From assembly GCA_965649825.1 (NCBI GenBank), contig OZ287719.1:107309-171308 (forward strand): a stretch of 64,000 bases of DNA, written 5' to 3'. Origin of the DNA: Penicillus capitatus. Its lineage: Eukaryota; Plantae; Chlorophyta. The translations under genes and the position numbers were made by a program. The notes under the pieces are model-generated. The model searched no databases and had not been told where the DNA came from. It saw only the letters and a program-made list of their open reading frames with translations. Positions 54,623 to 64,000 of this stretch are shown here, one piece after another; the stretch's first letter is position 1, and every line of letters begins with the position of its first letter.

Positions 54623-57600
54623 TTAAAACTCAAGTTGATGAGAAAATCTGCGCGGAACGTCCTGCAGACAATCATCGCCGTCTTCATCGGACGATTCGCT
54701 CTTGATATGCCAAAATGGCAAAATGTTTGCGAGCTTCCTCGAGAGACCAGTAAAACCTGCATGCGATCGATCGTTGAATAAGAAAGCTGGATTGTTGGAT
54801 GCCAGAAACTGATCGATAATAATGTGCAGTCCAGCGTACAGTCGATAGAGGATGTAGAGCAGATAGATCACATTCACAGCGAAGGCGAAGCTGACCATCA
54901 CTGATCGTCCGGCGCCAGTAGAGCTCGGCTCAAGGATGATAATGGCCGCAAAGAAGACCAGAGAGGAGGAAAGGAGGGACGCAGACTCGAGAGCATTGAG
55001 ATCGATTCTGTTGTTGACTTGGACCCACTTCATCGCCAGCTTCGGCAATTGGATCACTCGAAACAGCCATCCGCTATAGTCAGGGACGTTGTTGCTGCCT
55101 TCGAAGATCTTGAAAGGCGTAAGGAAGCACTGCAGTGCTTGAGCGATGACGAGAATTCCTGCGCACATGGTTGCTTGCAATCTGGGCTCCAGGTGCACCG
55201 AAAACACCACGACGGCGGCGATCATCGCCTTTCGAGTGAGAATCACAGACTCCCACGAAGCTCGGTACCACTCCTTTCGGTAAGCCTGATACAGAAACCA
55301 GTATCTAGACACAAATACGGTATCTGTTCTCTGTTTTTTGTTAAGGGGGAGCCAGATGACGATGCAGAGGACTCCACTGAAGGCAAAGAAGAGGCCTGCG
55401 AAGCCCACGATGCCGACTGGGAGATGGCTTTCCTCAAAGCAGACAATCTTGGTGTCTTCGACCCAAATGAATTTCACAGGTTCGGTGGCATAGCGGAGAT
55501 ATGGATGATCCGACTCGACATATTCTGTGGCAGGATCGACTTCCATGCAGTTGACTGCTCTGAGCAGCTCCCTCACAATGTCGATGTAGGAGATGTAGAT
55601 AGAGACGATGGAGATGACAATGATATAGGTGAAGAAGGTTGTCCAATTGGTATCGGCGGCGGCTTCCGACTGCAGTATGCGTTTCTGGATCTCTTTGAAA
55701 ATCCAGTAGAACAGAAAGGCCGAGACGAGAACTGTCAGGACGATCCATGGTGTGGCAAGCCGCATCCACAGGGCAGCAATGGACCGAGGCGTCTCGCCAT
55801 GACTGAAATTGCATTCGTATGGAGAGGAGATCAACACTGTGATCAAACCGGCGAGGGCAGCTGAAAACAGCCACGAGCTAAGAATCTTTGCACATGCGTG
55901 GCGATCTTGCCTTGCGAGGTCAGGAGTATGCGCGGAAACCCAGGCCACTCCATCTGCAAACGAATGGCAATACTTGTGACTTGCAGGTAGTTAATGAGAA
56001 TCTGTCATCACACACATCTCGAAGATAGACGGTTTGTGGCGTTCATGACCTTGAGTGTTTCTGTCCATTGTACCGTTGCAAAGAGATTCCCTGTGGAACG
56101 TGCATTGCCGTTCGGTGTCCCGGCTTGGCCGAGCGACGTACCATCTTGACAGCACATAAGACATGAACAGAGACGGAGCAGGGGTGGAAGGCACCTTCAA
56201 TCTCTGAAGTTTCTATAGGGTGCACTTGTCCATTGCGGAGAATTCCGCTGCTTCTCAGTCCATTGGAAGCATTGGCCGATAGAGATTGAAGCTCATACTT
56301 AACAAGCTCAACTCTCGAGTGCATTGTCGTCAGGGTAATGGCACAATTAATTCCGATGAGCAAGAGCAGCCAACTCATACCCAGAAAAACGAACAGACTG
56401 TTCATTGCCTCCTCCTTCTGGCACGATTCGCACTTGCCTGTGTAGGAGTGCCCATGACCTAACTGACAGGATCCACAGAGAAATCCTTCGTACCCTGCAG
56501 CGCACTGGGCATAGGATTCCGAGAAATCTGGCTCAGGGCTCCCTCTGCCAATGTGCTCATCCAGTTGCTCAAGATCTTCTTGCACTTTGGTGAGGTCCTT
56601 GTAGTAGAGGGTAAGCTGTTCGGATCTCTCTGCATAGCTGCAGGCCACCGACTGGATGCATTTTCGAAGGACTGGGGAGAATGGTGTGGAATGCCAGTAT
56701 CCATCGGTCGGAACGAGCACGGCTTCTCCACTGCACTTGCCATTGACCTCGCAGCTTTGACACTTGTTGAGAGTAGAGTTGAAACCGTACTGATCGATGG
56801 GGCATTTGTTGCAGACATTCCCCTGCTCGAACTCTCCTGGATGGCATCCTCGCACATACATCTGGAGTTCGATTTTGATCTTCGGATCCCGTTGGCTGAA
56901 GATTTTTAAAGTGCTGCTTCGATCGATGCCGTATGCTTTGGTGTTGTTGATCACGGCCACGCCATCGACAGCTTCGTACCTTAGATCACCGATTACCGCA
57001 TCCGATTCGAGGGTCAGCTCCAGACTCGCATCATCGATGGCTCCGCCGATTGTCTGATTGAAGACATCTTTGACCATGATGCGCAACGGTGTGTCGCATT
57101 CGGACGCTTCTTTCTTGGAGGCAACACAAAGAACCTCTCCACTGGCTACTTGTGCAAGCTGTCGGATGCCTCCCTCAGCATGTAGGTATGCCACGTTGGT
57201 GCCGGCTTGTGATTGACTGGCCGTCGTGTCTAGATTTGTATTGTTTATCATATTCAGGCAGAAAGGCTTCAGTTGTTCTGCCGGACTCCTTAAAGCGACA
57301 GCATGTTGGCCTGCGATCCATCTTGGGTGTCCAGGACTACACGATACTGCAACACTGACAGTGGATGTCGAGAAGACGCCTCCTCCCCTCACAGCTGCGT
57401 TGTTGGCAATAGTGATGTTGTACACGTCAAACTTCTGACAGGACATGTATCCAAAGGCAGGCGGAAAGCAGTCGGATACATTTCCTCGATTCCAATACAG
57501 ATCTGTCATATGAAGGGAAAATCCCCCTGTCACACAGCATCGTGGTTTTCTCGGTGCGCCGAACTCGTATCGGTGCATCACCTCCAATGACGGCCGTGTT

Positions 57601-59796
57601 ACTGGAGACATTGACGTTTCGGAAAGTAATCTGTGCGACCGTGTACAGACTCATGCTGAGGCACACCATGCAGACGCCGCCTCCGTGTCCTTCGGGGATG
57701 CCCACCAAGTAACTGAAGAGCGTCTCATTGCCCAACTGATCTCTTCGATCCGGAACGATCACGCCAGCCTCGAGCGAAGGAATGAATCCCCTGCCATCTT
57801 CTACAAGTTTCTTCATCATCGGTGTGTCCATGCTTAAAGCTTTGTTTACGATGAAGTCTGTATCTTCCAGCTGTCATAACATCAGTGTGTGCCAAGAGCA
57901 TGGATGTGTCCTCACTGTGAATGCAAAGATGATCGTCTCGGCCGTTTCGAAGCGCAGCCCTCCTCCGACACTTGCATGGTTGTTTCGGAAAACAGTGCGT
58001 TGTCCTTGAAAAGACGTGATCGTGAGATTCTTGACGGCATAGATATCGAGGCCTCCTCCAACCAATGCACGGTTATTCTCAAACATCACTCCTCGAAGCA
58101 TAAAAGGATATTCCACGCTGTAGGCGTACATTCCTCCTCCGAGACGGTAGCTCGTATTGTTTCGAAGAATCAAGGCCGAAAGGTCGAGGGGACCTGCGCC
58201 ATTCTCCCAAATCTACCCCAGGTGTCGCATTCGCGTAGAGTGCTTACCTGTATCGCTGAGCATGATGCCGCCTGCTGTCCCAGCAACGCAGTCCTCGATA
58301 ATCGTGTGTTGACCAGGTCGTGCTGGATCCCAGTTTGTCATAAGAGAGGCCTCTCGCCAGATGATGATGCCACCGCCTAGTGCTGCCTTGTTCCTTGATA
58401 TCATCGTGCTCTGAAGGTGCAGCTTGGAGTGCCAGACAAACAGGGCTCCTCCGCTCCTCAGTGCAATGTTTTCTGAGAAGTGACATGCGGAAATGTGATG
58501 TTCTGAGGATGAAGATGCGGATCCTTGGAGAGCGAGGCCTCCTCCTTGTTGGGCTCGATTTCTCTGGAACGTGCAGTTTTGCATTGTCCAGTTAACGGGG
58601 GATTCATGAAGGGCAGAGTAATGCAGTGCACCGCCCGTTCGCATCTCATTCACGGAAAAGACACTGTATAAAGCATTGGGCTGCGGTCCACAGAAAGCAA
58701 CATTCTCTGTGAAGACGTTGTTCTCTAGGTGGAAATTGAAGTTATCTTCTTCGATAGAGGAAAACCGTCCTTGGATGACAGCAATGCCGCCGCCAGCTTT
58801 GCATCCAATGTTGTTGATGAATGTTGAATGTTCAATCGATACATTCGCAGGATTTGCTGCAAATACAGCACCTCCCATTCCACAAGTGTTCAGAATACCG
58901 TAAGAAGTTGTCTCCTGATCAAACGATTCCTCAGAGAGAGCCAATGTGGTCTCCTCGTGCGCCGTATTGTGCGCGAACCGCGATGTGTCAATCTTCAATG
59001 ACGTCTTCCGCACGTGACGCAGGTAGACAGCGCCTCCTGTCAGATCAGCCTCGTTCTGCTCAAACTCCGAGTCCTGGATCTCCACATGTGCATTTCTGGC
59101 GTAAATGGCACCACCCAGTGTTCCGCGGTTGCCGAAGAAACGACAGGACTGGAAGCGGACGACAGGCCTGGCACAGGTTCGGTTATCGCAGGCATCCACG
59201 CGCACAGCAGCGCCGAAGACACGCCCTCCTGTCTCGCCGTTATTCCAGAAATGGACGCCTTCGAAGTCCACCGCCGTCCGCTGCTTCAAACTCGACGGCT
59301 CGACCTGGACCACCACGGCAGACGCCCTCCTGCACTGGGTGATGTTCATGGACCGGAGACGGACGGTGCCATTCCTGCAGATCCCTCAGTTACCGATGAG
59401 AGGGATCGGAGCTTGCCTGATGACGATGGCGCTCTCGATCCCGTTTTGTGGGCAGCTAAGGACGGTAGGCGTGTCTGTCCTTCCTTCGAGGGTCACATTC
59501 CGCTGGTCATCGATGACGATTGGCCCGGAAAGAGCGAGGGCAGTCACGTCGAGGTGTATCTCTGTCCAGTCAGAGTCCATTGAAAGGGCATTTCGCAATT
59601 CATCTTCGGTGGTAATGGCGTGTACGTATCCACCTGGTATTTGCAAGAGCCTCTTCTCACCACCTGACCCATAACACCGCCTTCAGAGAGACAATTTATT
59701 CGATGGCTTGCACTGACCCACTTCGTAAGTACCACCACTTGGTGTGAACAGTAAAAGAAGGGCAATGTACGTCTGAAAAACAGCGGCCGGCTTCAT
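54623..59796 (-). CDS. Receptor-like membrane protein C (paralog of A and B)
   Basis: Leader MKPAAVFQTYIALLLLFTP at 59796; same beta-helix repeats; GCHPGEFEQGNVCNKC; GYWHSTPFS; CAAGYEGFLCGSC; FVSRYWFLYQAY..WESVILTRK. Confidence 0.8.
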
Positions 59797-61742
59797 GGCG
59801 CCTCGCCACGAGTCAGACGTGAAACGCGTTCCAGCGTAGGAGAAAGGCTCAAAATACAAAGCGAGCTCTCAGTATCTAGGTTCAGTGATGGGATTCGGAG
59901 ACGGTTCGCGCAGAACAAAGCTGTTATCCGAGCAGAACAAGAAATGCTTTGTTAAAGTAAGAGAATCTACGTTAAGCAGTTGCGTTTAAACGAACGCGTC
60001 GTGCTATAACGAACGATTAGACGCACTTGAAGACAGACGGAGGTTGCTGTTGTTCCATCTGTCGAGTCGGCCAATTTCTGTGTGCCTTCTCTTGTGTGTT
60101 TAATCTGAGCTGTGAAAACCGAAGTTGCAAGTTCTGTACGAGGCATATCTTCGCCGTGATTCGACGGACCACCTCCTTTGCTCGAAGTCGAAGTTAAGCT
60201 TCTTTGTCTTCGGCCATTCACTACTAAACGCTTGACTGACCGCCATCTAAGATGCATCTATCTGTTTAGTTTTCTTCTATCTGCCATCCTCGGTCGTGCA
60301 AATGATGGTTAACTTAGAATTGTGGAAGGCAGAATTCTGAACTTTTCAATATACCATGGCCTTCTTCTCCAGAATCTGTTGTACAATGCTTTCAGTCCTT
60401 CTTCGGTGCCCAAAGTCGATGCCTAATACGGCGAAGAGGCGCTAGCACGGCGCCTTTTACAGGAACAAGGAACGTCAATCTTGTGCGACATGAGCGTATG
60501 CGTTGAGTTGTACCGAGTAATAAGTACGCTGATCTCGTCACAAGGAGAATACTATCACACTTAAAAACCCTCTTGTCGTATCTATGATCTATGAGATTCG
60601 TTAGAAGGAAACTTCAATCTCTTGTCCGTTTAATCAGGAGTTATAAATGGCAAACAAGCAGTCATCGATTGATCGTTTGCGTGTTAAGGTGAGGGAAAAT
60701 CCGTGAATTTGACACTTGTCCCCCCAGAGATGACACAAATGATCTGGATTCTTACGGCCAATGCCGCCAGATTCTTGTCAAGCAAGGGCGCAATTTCGAG
60801 GAACATAATGAGACGGCAAATGTAAATGGGAGGCATTTCTGTCACTTTGTTTTTCGCACCCTCGGCAATGCGACGTAACCATCGCCGCCGAGTCGCGCTA
60901 AGTAGGGGCGAGTCGTGTAGACTGAGAGTCAGTACCTAGGAATTGAAGTTCACGGAACTTTCTGGAACTTCACTAAGAACTCACTCTTAAATTCCTTAGA
61001 ATTCTCGTACCGTCACTTCAGGAACTGTGTATTTAAGCACGGGTCGGCCACATAAATCATCTCTCGATTGACATCTAAGTTTCTACTGTCGTTTGTGAAT
61101 TACATATAATCTGTCTCTATTTGTCAGAACATTCACTGTATATCGGCTACAACCACCGAATCTTCTAGACGTCGCTGCTTTCTTAAGGACTGCTAGCCAC
61201 ATATTGCAAACACAAGACTTCCGCTGCGCTTGTGAAATGAGTCATTCTGGAGACGTCGGCGGCCCAGTCTTGCCAAATGTACCACCGCCACCTGTCCACC
61301 GAGTATGGGCGGAAGACATCACGGCTGATGCGGCCACGAAAACCGGGTATCGCCAAGATTTCCATTGGCGATGTGACTGTCTCGTCAGCAATGGGTCACC
61401 TGTTGAAGAGGTCGCCTGTTATCACATTAGGAGGGGTTCTGTGAAAGGGTCCTTTCTTCTGGCTCTGGATGACTCTGTCGCCTTCGTGGCTCCTGGTTTG
61501 GTGACGTATCGCCTTCCGAGATATCACCACGGTGTTCTTCTGCTTCGACTCTTACGGCTGAAGGTCCGGCCTCTGCTACGTGTTCGGGTCGGTCACTTTG
61601 AGTCGAGCTACGTCGAGAATCGAAGAGTCCGGCGTTGTGGACCACCCGACTGGCGCCCCGTTGAAACAGGTCAGTGGCGTCGATACTTCGGCGTTCTGCC
61701 TCCCGGAAATGACCGAGCGCCGCAAGGAACGGGGGGTTCTGG

Positions 61743-61899
61743 TGTTGTGAGAATTCGCTCGAAAGGGTAAAGGAATGCGCGTTCGCGGTAGGCTGTTCGT
61801 TTGTGAAACGTACAGATCGCAGTTACAATCCTGTGATTCAGCGCGTCCGTTTTAATGTTCATTCTCTCTAGATTATTCTCATCGTATTCCATCAGAACA
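61743..61899 (-). mobile_element. Solo LTR of the Gypsy family at 10604-16878
   Basis: 157 bp with about 7 differences from 10604-10761; flanks CTGG/CTGT (imperfect 4-bp TSD at best). Confidence 0.9.
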
Positions 61900-61913
61900 C
61901 TGTCCCCATGTAG

Positions 61914-61948
61914 ACCAAGGTTACCAAGGTTACCAAGGTTACCAAGGT
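61914..61948. repeat. 9-bp tandem repeat ACCAAGGTT, ~4 copies
   Basis: ACCAAGGT at 61914, 61923, 61932 and 61941. Confidence 0.9.
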
Positions 61949-63128
61949 GGTAACTGTCGCCTAAATGGGGAAGTGACGTCTTTTCAACTTAGGTGTGCGG
62001 CCTCCAAGGGGTTTTTTTCTCTGGTCCTCGTGTGAGGCTGACGCATCCGTCCTTTCAACGCGGGGAATATTGGAGACAATCAGCACCACCTGTTGTCTGT
62101 TTTGAACCCTTGTAAGAGCGTTTCTTTGCCGTGCCCTTGCCACCATGGCCAGCGACGTCGAACCTAGCGTTTCCCGTGCAACAGTCCCGTATCCTCCACT
62201 CTATCCCACCTACCAAGAAAGCCTGAAGGTTTTCCGGCGAAACGAGAAGGAGGAACTCCTTTGGCGCGGGGCGGACCAAGTCGCTCGCTCAGAACAGCTT
62301 GTACGACGCCGCACGAAGCTCTGAAGAGAGGAGCATCGATCACACGCCTCAAATCCCGGACCACCCACCTTCCCCTGGCCTCTTAGACCCAGAAGTCTGC
62401 GTGGAGGAACACGACCTCGAGCGGAACGCCCCTACCACCGATAACAACGCACCCGACTGTGAGCCTAATGTTACGATCTAGACGATCATGTATATATAAA
62501 GCGAACACTGCATTGTAACGACACACAGTTGCCATAATGATTATTGCGTGGCTGCAGTTCGCGGTGACCATATTGGTCGGTACTGCCTACACCGACAAAG
62601 AGCCGACCGCCGACAGTAACCAACAGCTCCAAAAGTTGAACTGCAATCATTCTCTTACAACAGAAAGTCTGATGACAAGAATGAATCAACATTTATCTTT
62701 CGTCTCGACACCCCTACGATACGTTTGTCGGCGATCAGGGCCGGACGAAAGATTACCACAGCGGAAGACTTTACAAACTGTTTGGAGCAAGGTGAAAACA
62801 AGTGCAGATTGTTCATTTAAATACCCCTGTGGTGATGCGACATGCCTAGGCAGGTGACTCAATACCGCTCCAGGACCAGAGAAAAAGGCCCCTTTCCGGC
62901 CCAAAACCTCAAATGACACGACCCCGAGTGTCCCAGATCAAGGTGGCCCCCTCCCACACAAGACAGTCACCTCAGCACCTCAATCTTGCCGACAACGTTG
63001 ACTCATCTGTAGTGCCACCTGTGGCCTACAAATACGTGAACGTAGACCATTGTATAGCCTTTGCTCTTGTAATACGTGAAGCCTTCCGGTGACAGATAGA
63101 TCGTTGCATTCGAAAAGAAAAAAGATGC

Positions 63129-63240
63129 TAAATGGCCATGTCGCATCAAGGCCGCGGGCCTATAAATGGCCATGTCGCATCAAGGCCGCGAGCCTATAAA
63201 TGGCCATGTCGCATCAAGGCCGCGGGCCTATAAATGGCCA
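63129..63240 (+). repeat. 34-bp tandem repeat TAAATGGCCATGTCGCATCAAGGCCGCGGGCCTA, ~3.3 copies, recreating TATAAAT at each junction
   Basis: Units start at 63129, 63163 and 63197, with a partial unit at 63231. Confidence 0.9.
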
Positions 63241-63555
63241 TACGAAAGAGGGTTCAAAAAGCATCGACTCCCTTCTGTAACGAACCTGTTCTGATTTCTT
63301 GCCTTCGCCTAGTAGCCCATGTCAACGGCGTGGACCTCGCTGCGGCACCACGACAGATGGAGCGGCCGTTAATGCGCAAAAGCACGCCCAGCAGCTTCCC
63401 GGAAGCTTCTGGTAGAGCCGGTAGCTGTGCGGTAGCTGTACTGGAACACAAGTATAAATACGGGGTCGAACTAGTATTTTTCGCATTTGCATTTTGACTC
63501 GCGCTCTTTCGTTCTTTCTCTTTCTCTCTGTGTCAACGTAGGTAACGGCAACGCA

Positions 63556-64000
63556 ATGTTCTTCTCCTTGTTTGCCTTTATGTTTGCCTTCTTCTTCTGC
63601 GCCGTCTGCCGGAAGAGGCGCGAAGGATCTAGTTCGCGCCGAAGCCGGGATGATGGTAGCGGTCGCGTCGACGGAAGGCTTGACGGAGACGAGGACACGG
63701 AATCGCAGCATAGCTGGTACACGTGTTGCGACGCCGTGCACGACCTTCCGTCGGAACCGGAGGGTGCCGGCCTCGATGGGGATCTAGGGTTTGGCGCGAT
63801 CGGTCCGTTTCCGGACTACGCCTCGTGGGAGGCACTTGGGGTGTTCAGGCAGTCCACTGCGGCCAACGCGGCGGACAGCGGGGGCCAGAGTCCGGTTGCT
63901 TCGGAATGGGCAACGGACGGCAGCGTGAGGGAAACGTTGTCGCCCCCGGAAGACGACGCTCCGGTCGAGGCCTCCCTAGTCGACGGGGATGACCCGGATA
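63556..64000 (+). CDS. Second copy of orphan ORF2 with an N-terminal TM helix; runs off the window
   Basis: MFFSLFAFMFAFFFCAVCRKRREG...DDGSGRVDGRLDGDEDTESQHSWYTC..., open to position 64000; homologous to 45565-45916. Confidence 0.5.
   Translation, partial: MFFSLFAFMFAFFFCAVCRKRREGSSSRRSRDDGSGRVDGRLDGDEDTESQHSWYTCCDAVHDLPSEPEGAGLDGDLGFGAIGPFPDYASWEALGVFRQSTAANAADSGGQSPVASEWATDGSVRETLSPPEDDAPVEASLVDGDDPD

Larger units (their letters stand above)
61427..62150 (-). pseudogene. Second copy of orphan ORF1, broken by a solo LTR and a 9-bp microsatellite
   Basis: QNPPFLAALGHFREAERRSIDATDLFQRGASRVVHNAGLFDSRRSSTQ; upstream LAMVARARQRNAL weakly resembles LAMGSRRQGAL at 44.76 kb. Confidence 0.55.

Noticed and set aside
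38406-59796. Bacterial (chlamydial Pmp autotransporter) contamination or recent HGT
   Set aside because: The genes have spliceosomal introns and alpha-helical TM C-termini instead of an autotransporter beta-barrel.
61350-61390. Fourth hammerhead (CTGACGAG on the minus strand)
   Set aside because: No stem II hairpin closing onto GAAA and no matching cleavage strand.

Overview
Eukaryotic nuclear DNA, most likely from a green alga. The basis is short GT-AG introns of about 45-70 bp, a plastid-type IscA with a transit-peptide-like exon, LPA1 and GPN2 orthologues, and the standard genetic code. Layout: (i) 1-31.8 kb is a tandem, partly pseudogenised array of minus-strand ankyrin-repeat genes, several with signal-peptide-like N-termini. 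Its second unit is invaded by a young 1.8-kb gag-only LTR element, a 6.3-kb Ty3/Gypsy element, stacked LTRs and two unexplained inserts. (ii) 33.1-38.0 kb is a compact housekeeping island (LPA1-like NTPase, 3-RRM protein, IscA, GPN2). (iii) 38.4-59.8 kb holds three paralogous large receptor-like genes (Pmp-type beta-helix repeats, Cys-rich region, multi-pass TM). (iv) Orphan ORF families recur at 44-47 kb and 61-64 kb. Two observations stand out. First, a 2.1-kb non-coding cassette (18.6-20.7 kb) carries three hammerhead ribozymes with the same core and loop II but completely different, fully pairing stem III sequences. Two are type I and one is a circularly permuted type III. They lie on both strands and point away from a putative bidirectional CCAAT/TATA promoter; the two plus-strand ribozymes would excise a 340-nt structured RNA. 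Second, the Gypsy element appears to carry a signal peptide, a torsin/Clp-like degenerate AAA+ domain and TM helices in front of Gag. All assignments were made by eye; no searches or folding programs were run.
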